Shown here piece after piece: positions 38,309-49,535 of a DNA stretch of 64,000 nucleotides. Location of the stretch: contig OX597836.1 of the NCBI GenBank assembly GCA_951406725.2, positions 15,252,001 through 15,316,000 of the forward strand. Reading direction: 5' to 3'. This stretch comes from Octopus vulgaris. Its lineage: Eukaryota. The notes under the pieces are model-generated. The model was not told where the DNA came from. It saw only the letters and a list, made by a program, of their open reading frames with translations, and did not search any database. Within the stretch, counting starts at the first letter, position 1. The number at the start of each line of letters is the position of its first letter. The position numbers and the translations under genes were made by a program.

Positions 38309-38445
38309 CATTTTTTCCCTTATTTCTTTCTGTCAAAGAGCGTAGGCTTGAAACATCAAAAACTTTTCCAGTCTTCCTGAGTGTCAAACTAATACACCTG
38401 CTTGTTGTTTCTTCACCTGTCTTTGTCTTTTGTTTTCTGTACGTT
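38309..38445 (+). mobile_element. Penelope-like pLTR fragment with degenerate hammerhead (38327-38360)
   Basis: TTT-CTGTCAAA-GAGC(gtag)GCTT-GAAAC-ATC-AAA, followed by TTCCTGAG...TAATACAC..GCTTGTT as in the 36340 element. Confidence 0.5.
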
Positions 38446-38689
38446 TGAACAGCACACACACATATATATGCCCCTTTTGCATTTAAACCAGCCATATCCA
38501 GTCAAAATTTTCTACCCGTTTTAGGTTCAAAATGGTCAGATCACTGACTCTACAATGTCATTCTAAAAATAAAGTCATATAATTGAAATCTTGAAGTTAA
38601 AAGATAATGCACAATTAGTTCAAAACAGTATGAATAAATGAGCATTACTTTCACAGAATAATCGGAATGCTAAGGGGATATATATATAT

Positions 38690-38753
38690 ATGATTGATTG
38701 ATTGATTGATTCTAGTTTCAGCTTATGAGCTGTGGCCATGCTGGGGCACCGCC
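38690..38753 (-). mobile_element. Extremely 5'-truncated CR1-like LINE tail with (CAAT)n
   Basis: Reverse complement GGCGGTGCCCCAGCATGGCCACAGCTCATAAGCTGAAACTAGAATCAATCAATC matches 41657-41698. Confidence 0.65.
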
Positions 38754-38968
38754 ATTTATATATATATATATATATATCCAGTAATTTTGTCCTTTTGTCT
38801 TCTCTCCTAGTGCTGTAATGAACATTTAATGTGGCTTTAGAGTCAAGTTTTGGCTGCTATTTCCAGCGTGGTGGTATCTCTTAGATACCCTAAATTTATA
38901 ATTTTAATAATAATTATTACCTTTGAAGGCCACTTGATAAGATCAATATTTAAATTAAGGATCTTATC

Positions 38969-39000
<32 letters not shown>

Positions 39001-39241
39001 GATATATATATATATATATCATCATTATCATCGTTAATTTAACATTCATTTTTCATGCTGGCATGAGTTAGCTGAATCAATAGTAGCTGTTGAGCCAGAG
39101 GACAAGTTAGGTCACCATGTAATTCACACGACTGAGCAGGGAGTTGTAATGGTGGAGCTGGCTTTATGTTGGATGATAAGAGGCTGAATGAAGTATGATA
39201 GAAGGACTGAAACGGTGTCTTGCTGTAGAGGAGATACATAG

Positions 39242-39447
39242 TTACTCTTTTACTCTTTTCAGTCATTTTTGACTGTGGCCATGCTGGAGTACCACCTTTA
39301 GTCGAGCAAATCGACCCCAGGACTTATTCTTTGTAAGCCTAGTACTTATTCTGTCAGTCTCTTTTGCCGAACCGCTAAGTTATGGGAATGTGAACACACC
39401 AGCATCGGTTGTCAAGCGATGTTGGGGGGACAAACACAGACACACAT

Positions 39448-39488
<41 letters not shown>

Positions 39489-39653
39489 TATGACAGGCTT
39501 CTTTCAGTTTCCATCTACCAAATCCACTCACAAGGCTTTGGTTGGCCCGAGGCTATAGTAGAAGACACTTGCCCAAGGTGCCACACAGTGGGACTGAACC
39601 CGGAACCATGTGGTTCGTAAGCAAGCTACTTACCACACAGTCACTCCTTCGCC
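39242..39653 (-). mobile_element. SINE family A
   Basis: Identity to other copies. Confidence 0.9.
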
Positions 39654-40160
39654 TTTTCCAGCTGGAACAGAATAAAAACCGTGATAAAGATGGGTCAAGG
39701 TATAGACCCTTAAGTTACAGGAAGGTGAATATAAGTGGCATGGGTAGGTAAGTTCTTTGGGAATGTGAAGGCAAGTGGCAGAACAATAGAGATGGAATGC
39801 AGTGAGCGGGAGTGAGGTCAATATTATTATGGCTGGGTTCCAACCCAGGCTGCAGCAACAGCGTCTACCTGCCACACTTCTCCGGTCCATCATCACTGCC
39901 TTGATGTCCTGGATACTTTCCAGGCCAGTATCTGCAATCAAGGTGTCGATGTAAATGTGGTCAATGATGAATATCAATTGGAGAAGAAGGTGGATGGAGT
40001 AGGTGTGGGTCGGTGGGGGTGGTGATAGGTGGCAGCAATGATGATGTGAAGTGTGTGGGGGTGGGGATGTAAGAGAGATGTACAATGCCAGGGACAAAGG
40101 AGTGTATGGATGAATGTGTGGTCAATATTTGAATCTTAATTTGGAACAGAATCTATAAAA

Positions 40161-40568
40161 TCTCTCTCTCTCTATATATATATATATAAAGCTGAAGTTG
40201 TCTGTGTATGGCAGGTTTGGTAGCCTTCAACTAACACTATCTCCTCCAAGACACTGTGGCGCAAGTTGACCAAAATTGAGAGTATGATAGAAGAAGGCTT
40301 GCTCTTCCTTCCGTAGAAGAAAAAATTCAAATTGGACCATGTTAACACCAAAAATTATTTACATCAAAAAGATGCTTTTTTTTTCTATGAAAATCCCTAT
40401 TTTTTACGATTTTTTGACTGCTGTGTCACCATTTTTCGGTGTATTTCAACCAGAAAAATGTTCACTTAAAGAGAATAACAAGCTACATAATGCAAAATTT
40501 TTACTTTTCAAAAATTCCAATTCTAAAGGGTCGAAAGAAACCCAAGCAACACCGGGCGATACTTCTAG
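40161..40568 (+). mobile_element. Non-autonomous Helitron, family E2
   Basis: A|TC...GCAACACCGGGCGATACTTCTAG|T. Confidence 0.85.
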
Positions 40569-41004
40569 TATCAGATAAAATAAAATGCCTTGTTGCAGCT
40601 TTAAACGTTCTGAGTTCAAATCTTGCCACGGTAGACTTGACCTTTCATCCTTCTCAGAATCGATAAAATAAATTAACAGTGAGGTACTGGGGTTGCTACA
40701 ATCAGCTGTCCCTGTTGCACAATTTCCAGTATTTTGTTTTGACACTCAAATTCATGAAGCAGTCCCTTGTTTTCTGTAGGTGCCAACATGACTGCATGGT
40801 TAAGAAACTCACTTCACAATCATGTGGTTTGGGTTCAGTCCCACTGTGTGGTACCTGGGTAAGTGTTCTATAACCTTGGTCCAACCAATGACTTGTGAGT
40901 GGATTTAGTAAATGGAAACTGTGTGGAAGACTGTTGTGTATGTGTGTTTGTGTGTCTTTGTGCCTATCCGTCATCACTGCTTGTCTGCTGGTTTTGGTTA
41001 GTTT

Positions 41005-41355
41005 ACAGGTGTGGCTGTGTGATAAGAAGCTTGCTTCCCAACCACATGGTTCTGGGTTCAGTCTCATTGTGTGGTACCTTGGACAAGTGTCTTCTACTAT
41101 AGTTTTGAACCAACCAAAGCCTTGTGAGTGGATTTGAAAGATGGAAACTGAAAGAAGCCCATCATGTATATATGTGTGTGTGTCTTTGTGTTTGTCCTCC
41201 ACGATTGCTTGACAATCGATTGTGGTGTGTTTACATCCCCATAACCTAGCGGTTGGGCAAAAGAGACCGATAGAATAAGTCCTGGGGTCAATTTGTTCAA
41301 CCAAACTCCTTGACACAGTACCCCAACATGATCACAGTTCAATGACTAATACTAA
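41005..41355 (+). mobile_element. SINE family A, diverged
   Basis: Head GGTGTGGCTGTGTGATAAGAAG through tail. Confidence 0.75.
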
Positions 41356-41399
41356 TTAAAGCTAAAAAAAGAAACATAACAAATATCTAACATGCCATC

Positions 41400-41700
41400 A
41401 CGCTTCAGGACCAGTTACTGCAACAGCCTGGGTTTCAAGGGCCCACGGCTTTTTAATAACCTCCCAAAGAGTCTGAGGAACTTGCAGATGTAGGGGTTTT
41501 CAAATCAAAGCTGGACCTCTTCCTGTCGAGAGTCCCAGATGAACCTGAACCTACTTCATGGCAAGAGGTGCAAATGAGGGTAGCTATGTCAAACTCCATG
41601 CTTCACCAAGTGCCACATATTAGAGGAGGCTCTTAGTAATAACAGTGTAGCAAGACGGCAGTGCATCAGCATGGCCACAGCTCTGAGCTGAAACTAGAGA
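41400..41700 (+). mobile_element. CR1/L2-group LINE 3' end including 3' UTR
   Basis: GPRLFNNLPKSLRNL / VGVFKSKLDLFLSRVPDEP; UTR CAGCATGGCCACAGCTCTGAGCTGAAACTAGA. Confidence 0.75.
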
Positions 41701-42357
41701 GAAAAAAAAAATTTGTAAAGTTTTCTGATGACTCTTCAAAATATTTCTGCAAAATGGATGGCAGACAATTGCGAAGAAATATTCTTGCCACTGTACTTCA
41801 GCCCCACCCAATTCCATTGTCATCTCTCTTTTGGTTTTTTTTCTCCTTCTCTTCCTCTATTTCTTCTTTCTTGCTCTCTCTCCCTTATTTTCTCTTTCCT
41901 CTTATTCTCCCCCCTCTCTCTCTCTCTGTTTTCCTAACCTCGTTCTTTATGTGTTTTACATAAGTGTTTCTCTTCAATTCCATATGTCTCTTCAGAGATT
42001 GGCAATGATATGGACTTACTTAAACAGCCCAAATACCATTGCCATTATCATTCATCATTATTCATCTTCATCATTTTAATCTTTGTTTATACAGGCAAAC
42101 ATATTTGAGCCAATGCTGCCCACATTCCTTTTTGCTACAAAACATGTTTTTGTTTCCCAAATCTTCCCAAGTCTTTTTTTATAAAACAATACTCACCTTC
42201 ACTAGTAGCCCATGTAGCACAGTGGTCCTTAATATTTATATTTTACTCTGATCAATCCCCTCACAGATACAGTTAACCCTTCCCCTCCTTCCTCTTTATC
42301 TCTTCCCTGGACCTTTAATGTCAAGCCACCTGGGACTATCCTTGGTTTTCTGATACA

Positions 42358-42389
42358 AGTTCATTTGTATCATATGATACAAATGAACT
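42358..42389. repeat. Perfect 32-bp palindrome
   Basis: AGTTCATTTGTATCAT-ATGATACAAATGAACT. Confidence 0.95.
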
Positions 42390-42451
42390 GTTTTAAAGTA
42401 AAGCTTTCTACTAAAATTTCATGTTAGTTTATGCTCCAAACAGCAGCTTAA

Positions 42452-43062
42452 CCCTTTAGCTTTCACATTATTCTGTCAAAAGTTGGCATCCTTTTGTCTC
42501 AGGAGACAATGAAGTTGCACATAAACTAATCCAGTCTGGTTTTTACATTTCATGTCCTCTCCAGTTTCCTATCCAGTTTTGCGCAGGCCTGGGCTAGATG
42601 TAAGAAAATCCTGGGTAGCCCAATCATCAGGATTCCTCTCTTGACCTTGCTAACATAGTCCAAAGGAGTGCAGAGCATTACATTTGGCATCAGCTTGGTT
42701 GCAGGAGCTGCTGGTAGAGTGTCAAGTCGAACACTAAACCGCCTACGGGGCTCCACTCCAGATTTCTTTGAAGGTTGTTTCCTTTCCGTAACCCTGGATA
42801 GGAGCCCATACCGGGTATTGTCAAAAGTAAAGCTTATTTATTCACATGGTTTGGAATTATTTATTCATATGGTTTGGAATTATTTATTCATATGGTTTGG
42901 AATTAATCAGGTATTATAATGTAGCTTTGAGATTTCAATGATATGATTGTATATTTTTAGAATGATATTTTGCTGTAGATGGGAAAAGCTGAATCTGGCC
43001 AATTTGATCATATAACAAGTAGAATATTTTGGCTGGATATGGCTGATTTAAATGTTAAAGGG
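42452..43062 (-). mobile_element. Family F MITE interrupted by a retroposon
   Basis: TTAA-CCCTTTAG ... TAAAGGG-TTAA; contains 23-bp triplication TTATTTATTCAYATGGTTTGGAA. Confidence 0.75.
42484..42818 (-). mobile_element. Short non-autonomous RTE-derived retroposon with 10-bp TSD
   Basis: TSD TGTCAAAAGT at 42474 and 42819; resembles RTE 5' UTR fused to ORF 3' tip (family assignment from recall). Confidence 0.6.
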
Positions 43063-43646
43063 TTAAATTGTAAAGTTGCTTCACTAATTTCTTCATTATT
43101 GTCAAAATTCATTGAAACAAAAGTAATGTATTTCAACAGAAATATGGTATATTTCAGTTTCTGTCTACCAAATCAACTCACAAAGCTTTGGTTAGTCCGA
43201 CGCTATAGTAGTCAGCCAAAGTACCATGCAGTAGGACTGAACCCAGAACCATGTGGTTGGGAAGGAAACTTCTTACCACACAGCCACGCCTGCACCTACA
43301 TAACTTTAAATATACAAATATCACTGAGGCCCAATAAAAGTTGTGTAGCCCACTTCGGGACTACGTAGCTCCTACTTTGGGTATCTCTTGTTTAAGAATA
43401 AAGTGGATTCTGAGGAACTCAAAGGTTTCCATGAGAAAATCTTGGATTCTACAAGATGATGGCTCTTTATCTATTTAACTGTGAAATGAAATTTCACAGC
43501 TATTCCAATAATAATGTTAACTAACAACCAAGAAGACAGAATTGATATTTTTGCAAGTCATATTGCTGACACTGGAGTTTGGTTCAATCCTCTAATTTAC
43601 CAGCTCCTGTCGAACTGTTCAACCCGTGGAAAACAGATGTTAAATT

Positions 43647-43834
43647 ATACAAATTAGATGATATTTTTTTAAACACAGAATTGCCATTAGAACAGTAGAA
43701 ATATCCGGGTAAATTACCCTTAGAAAGTGGACTGGTTTTTGGCAAATTTTTCCGCTTCGTAAAGGTAATTTGCTCAATATTTCTGTTGTTTTAATGGCAA
43801 GTGTGTGTTTGAAAAAATATCATCTAATTTGTAT
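43647..43834. repeat. Imperfect inverted repeat, ~75-bp arms
   Basis: ATACAAATTAGATGATATTTTTT...AATTACC versus GGTAATT...AAAAAATATCATCTAATTTGTAT. Confidence 0.8.
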
Positions 43835-44646
43835 CGTTCTATACACATTTCAACCCTTATAAAAACAAACGTTGGTTTGTTTATATTTATACACGTAGAT
43901 TTTAAATGATTATAAAATTCGTGTGCTTGAAAATGGATTGTTATGTTTTATTTAGTCAACACTAAGTGGACCTTTGAGTGATATAAAATATATTTTATGG
44001 GCTACGTTGTGGTATAAAATAAATTTTATGGGCTACAGTTAACAAAGGAGTTGCATATCTCCATCATAGGCCAGCACATCTTTAACTAAACCCACCTGAC
44101 TGAATGCCAGAGATTCTTTTACGAATACATCTCTATCCCACGAGCCTGACATCTCCCGCCTCTGTCTGTTATGCTCTTAAAATTTTACTTACTAATGCAA
44201 AAAAACCACCTCTGCCTCGTCCAACCCATCACCCACATCATTGCTATTCCCTCTCGGCACCCATAAATACCCTTCCATGACTTGCACTAACCACTGTTCC
44301 CAATTTGTGCACCACACCTGGAATTCCCTTCTCATCTACATCTTTCCTGCTGACGCGAAAATGTTCAAAGTAAACATCAACTGTATCAGGTATGCCATCT
44401 CGACGGGGTGGGGCAGCATAAATCATAGGGTTCTTAAGCACCCTCCTGATTAAATCAGAAAAAACAATTTCCTTCATCTGGTCCCCGTCTGCCAGCAATT
44501 ATTGCTGCTCTAATATCAATTATATACATCAACACAGAAATATATCTTCAACATAATTGTTAGAAGACAGGTTTTTATATATATTATTATAAAGCTAAGG
44601 TCTTTCTCTCACACACACACTGTTGCTCTTTCTGTCTCTGTCTCTC

Positions 44647-44737
<91 letters not shown>

Positions 44738-45113
44738 ATCTTTACTCTTTTACTTGTTTCAGTCATTTGACTGCGGCCATGCTGGAGCACCGCCTTTAGT
44801 CGAGCAAATCGACCCCAGGACTTATTCTTTGTAAGCCCAGTACTTATTCTATCGGTCTCTTTTGCCGAACCGCTAAGTGACGGGGACGTAAACACACCAG
44901 CATCAGTTGTCAAGCAATGCTAGGGGGACAAACACAGACACACAAACATATATATATATATATACATATATACAACAGGCTTCTTTCAGTTTCCGTCTAC
45001 CAAATCCACTCACAAGGCATTGGTCGGCCCGGGGCTATAGCAGAAGACACTTGCCCAAGACACTGAACCCGGAACCATGTGGTTGGTTAGCAAGCTACTT
45101 ACCACACAGCCAC
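44738..45113 (-). mobile_element. SINE family A with small internal deletion
   Basis: Identity to other copies; lacks TGCCACGCAGTGGG. Confidence 0.9.
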
Positions 45114-45396
45114 AATAAAATACAAAATGGGACAAGAATGCAAAACATCCGGACAACTAGGTGATACAGAAAGGGACAACAAATCATCTAGAGAGCCGAT
45201 ACAAAAAAAAACACAGACGGGTCAAAGATTAATCAGCCACAATTGCAAGGATGATCCGGTTCTTGACTGAAGATAAAAGGCTTCGAATGACCCGTCCGTA
45301 TTTTTTTTTTTGTATCGGCTATCTGGATGTTTTGTTGTCCCCGTTTGTATCACCTAGTTGTCCAGGTGTTTTGCATTCTTGTCCCATTTTGTATTT

Positions 45397-45400
<4 letters not shown>
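45114..45400. repeat. Inverted repeat, ~110-bp arms (45114-45223 / 45289-45400), Penelope pLTR-like
   Basis: AATAAAATACAAAATGGGACAAGAATGC...GACGGGTC versus GACCCGTC...GCATTCTTGTCCCATTTTGTATTTTATT. Confidence 0.85.
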
Positions 45401-45444
<44 letters not shown>

Positions 45445-45445
45445 C

Positions 45446-45485
<40 letters not shown>

Positions 45486-46424
45486 ATGCCCCAGCATGGC
45501 CGAGGCCTTCGGGCTAAGACATTTTTAAGAATTTAAGGATATATATATATATATATATATAATCATCATTTAACATCTGTTTTCCAGGTTTGAAAGCTGG
45601 TCAGCTGGAGAGCTGCCTAGGGTCCATGTCTGTTTTGGCATCGTTTTTACGATTGGATGCCCTTCCTAATGCCAACCACCGTACAGCGTACTGTGTGCTT
45701 TATACAATACCAGCACAGATGCTTTTTACCTGGCACCAATTCAGATGTTATTTACATGGTACTGGTACCCAAGAGACCACAAGCTTAGGAATACTCTGCT
45801 GATATAAATATATATACACACACACACACACACAGACAGACAATCATGCAATGTTGTTGCAGGCATGGCTCAGTGGTTAAGTTTGTTTCCCAACTTCATG
45901 GTTTCGGGTTCAGTCTACTGTGCGGGACTTGAGCCAAGTGTTTGTATTACAGCTTCATGCTGACCAAAGTTTTGTAAATGGATTTGGTGGATGGAAACTG
46001 AAAGAAGCCTGTTTTTCATATGGTGGGAACTGTGGAGGGAACCTGTGGAAGAGGTAGACCCAGGAAGACCTGTCACAAGGCGGTGAAGCATGATTTTTCT
46101 GATGTCAAGTTTCATGGAGGAAATAAGTATGTGTATCTGTGTGTGTGTGTGTGTGTGTGTGTACACACACATATATATATATAATAATATATCATAATAT
46201 TTTATTTTCCGATTTGAAGCAACAGTTTTTAAATACTAACAAATGACTGAAAAATGATGAGCTAGCCCCAGCCAGAATTGAACCCACAAATCAATGCTAA
46301 CATGGCTCCTTGCGCATCCAATTGGGTCAAATGCTCACCCATCAATTTCATCCAAATTTAGTTAATATATACTTAAACTGTCTAATACTACATATAATAT
46401 TTGTAAACAAACATAGACACACAA

Positions 46425-46511
<87 letters not shown>

Positions 46512-46520
46512 CACACACAT

Positions 46521-47090
46521 ACACATATAAGAGGGATGACCACTACATGGACATCCATTATGCTAGAAGTAGATATGCTATGGTCTTACCACTAAAAAAG
46601 GAATGTTCTCAAGAAAATTTTAGCAAATGCCAGAATGTAAACAAGCAAGAAACAAAATATAGATTATTCCCAAATTAGTTTTGCTATTATCACTTACGCA
46701 ATTACCTACGTAATTGTCCGTAGTTCATCAGTGTTATCGTCTAGCATGCCAAAGTGAATACTTTTGAAAGATAACCCTAAGTGTAATTGGTAGAACTGTA
46801 TACATGTTCAATCTCATGTGGACAGTTTGTGTATAGTTCTGCAAATTATATTTTGCTATGACGATCACACTGATGAGTTGCGGACAATTACGTAAGTAAT
46901 TACGTAAGTGATACTAGTGAAACTAGTTTGTGATTAAACTATATTTTGTTTCTTTTAATTTGTCTTGTTCGCTTACGTTCTGGTGTTTGCTAAAAGTTTC
47001 TTGAGAACATTCCTTTCTTAGTGGTAAGACCATAGCAGATCTACTTCTAGCATAATGGATGTCCACATAGTGGTCATCCCTCTTATATGT
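46521..47090. mobile_element. Inverted repeat with ~230-bp arms, each carrying a hammerhead-like motif (Penelope-like inverted pLTRs)
   Basis: 46521-46746 is the reverse complement of 46853-47090, high identity; flanked by (CA)/(TA) tract on the left. Confidence 0.8.
46864..46934 (+). ncRNA. Candidate type I hammerhead ribozyme
   Basis: Stem I ATCACA/TGTGAT, core CTGATGA, GAAAC-TA-GTT with palindromic stem III ACTAGT; long stem II insert. Confidence 0.6.
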
Positions 47091-47199
47091 ATGTAATACA
47101 ATTTTTTTCTGTATCTTCAGATTTTAATATGCTAGACCACTGGTTTTAAATTGATATTAATTAAATTAATATTCAATTTTTCACCCTTATTATTTTAAA

Positions 47200-47254
<55 letters not shown>

Positions 47255-47328
47255 GCAGTGTGGAAGGTATTTATAAGCCATTTAAGAAACACAAAAACCG
47301 TTAGATTCACTTCAACATTTAAATTTAA

Positions 47329-47379
47329 TTTGTCAAAATATTTTCGTCTCTTTGAGACTGCGACCTGTTCATTGACAAA
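47329..47379 (-). ncRNA. Degenerate hammerhead-like fold in a short (TA)/(CA)-flanked element (47251-47390)
   Basis: Reverse complement TTTGTCA-ATGAACAG-GTCGC(agtctcaaa)GAGAC-GAAA-ATATTT-TGACAAA; perfect 7-bp stem I, non-canonical core. Confidence 0.4.
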
Positions 47380-47388
47380 ATTCCGTGC

Positions 47389-47430
<42 letters not shown>

Positions 47431-47900
47431 GGGCTTCTTTCAGACTCATTTTTTAAAAACCTTATACTTATTCTATTAGTCTGTTTTGCCATTTTGCCAG
47501 CTTACAGGGACATAAATATACCAACATTGGTTGTCAAGTGATGGCGGGGAACAAACCCTCACACACATATGTATGATGGGCTTCTTTCATTTTCAGTTTA
47601 CCAAATCTACTCACAAAGCTTTGGTTGGCCTAAGGCTACAGCAGAAGACACTTGCCCCAGGTACCATGCTGTGGGAATGAACCTGAAACTATGTGGTTGG
47701 GAAGCAAGCTTCTTACCACACAACTATGCCTATATATACATATATATGTGTATGTGTGTGTGTGTGTGTGTATGTTCTGTATTTAAGATGTAGGATGTGA
47801 TTTGATGGTGTCATAGCTATTATTTCTAGGAATCCAAATGACCACGTAGTGGTGGTGGTGGTAGCAGTGATAGTGTTGGTGTTAATAGTGATGGCAGTTG

Positions 47901-47932
<32 letters not shown>

Positions 47933-48076
47933 GGTGGGCAATGATAGTATCAGAGGTTTTGATTTATGACCTTTCTGGGTAGGAACCAGCACCACAGGAT
48001 GTAAACAACCTCATCCTGCAACTAAAATCTTTTAAATAATCTTCTCCCTCCTTCTATAGTTATAAATATAACTCTC

Positions 48077-48085
48077 ACACACACA

Positions 48086-48158
<73 letters not shown>
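48077..48158. repeat. (CA)n microsatellite
   Basis: Direct reading. Confidence 0.95.
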
Positions 48159-48163
<5 letters not shown>

Positions 48164-48476
48164 TCCTCTTTACTACTGAAGGAGGACACAGCCCAGACAA
48201 GACATGTGGCCAATATCAGCATCATCCATCTGATGTCTAATATAAACTCACAACTAAAGAAAGAAAGAAATGAACTTGTTGATCACACAGATCTTCCATT
48301 TTTTCTATATTTCTCTTCCGTTTTTGGGAAGATCTCCTTCATGTTTATATTAGCTAAAAATCACCATCATCATCATCATCATTATTAAACAGCGAATTGG
48401 TAGAGTTGTTACTGTTCTGGACAAATGCTTAGCGGTTTTTTCAGTGTTTGATGTTGCTCCTTTCATACTTTCATAC

Positions 48477-48702
48477 TATTTCTTTATTACCCACAAGGGG
48501 CTAAACACAGAGGGGACAAACAAGGACAGACATAGGTATTAAGTCGATTACATCGACCCCAGTGCGTAACTGGTAGTTAATTTATCGACCCCGAAAGGAT
48601 GAAAGGCAAAGTCGACCTCGGCGGAATTTGAACTCACGACGTAACGCAGACGAAATACCGCTAAGCATTTCGCCCGGCGTGCTAATGTTTCTGCTAGCTC
48701 GC
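48477..48702 (-). mobile_element. SINE family B, young copy
   Basis: High identity to 666-893 and 55702-55923. Confidence 0.9.
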
Positions 48703-48928
48703 TTGGGGTTGATGTTATCCTTAAAATTTCAGGCCTAGTGCCCCATACAAAACTGCTGGCTTTGTGCCAAAATTTGAAACCAATTGCTGAGGTCAACTTT
48801 GCTTTTCGTCCAGTTGCATACTGGGGTTGTTGGAATTGACTTAGCTCCTCTCCCAAAATTATTGGCCTTGTGCCAAAATTTGAAACCATTATAATTATTA
48901 CTATTATTTATATAATTTCTCTGATTAA

Positions 48929-49150
48929 GGTGGCAAGCTGTCAAAATCGTTAGCATGCTGGACAAAATGCTTAGCGGCATTTCATCTGTCTTTATGTTCT
49001 GAGTTCAAATTCCACCGTGGTCGACTTTGCCTTTCATCCTTTTGGAATCGATAAAATAGGTACCATTTGAACACTGGGGTCGATGTAATTGACTCACCCC
49101 ACCCCCACCCCGCTCCCGAAATTGCTGGCCTTGTGCCAAAATTTGAAACC
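48929..49150 (+). mobile_element. SINE family B variant with GGCCTTGTGCCAAAATTTGAAACC tail
   Basis: Head and central domain as family B; tail also repeated at 48760 and 48864. Confidence 0.8.
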
Positions 49151-49535
49151 ATTATTATTTCTTTTATTTATATTATCCCAGCAAATGTAGAAATATCAGA
49201 GAAGAATAATCATACAAGCTGCTGGGATAGAAGCTATTTTGATGCAATTCATAATTGTGTGTGCATGTGTTCCCAATCCTGTGGTTTGGGGTTCAGTCCC
49301 ACTATGCAGTACCTTGGCCAAGCATCTTCTAATATAGCTCTGGGCCAGCCAAAGCCCTGTGGGTGCATTTTGTAGATGTAAACTGACAGAAAGCATGTAA
49401 GATATGTAAGAAATTGTGACACAAAAAGCTAAAATCCATCAACCACTCAATGGTTGACAAACATTGAATTTTATAAAAGTTGGAGAAGATGAGGGGCCCA
49501 CAAACAACAACATAGTGACCTACCATACTGTAGAG

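Noticed and set aside
39660-39970. Possible LINE or Penelope coding relics (YIDTLIADTGLESIQDIKAVMMDR)
   Set aside because: Probably an RTE-X tip, but too short and decayed to bound or classify confidently
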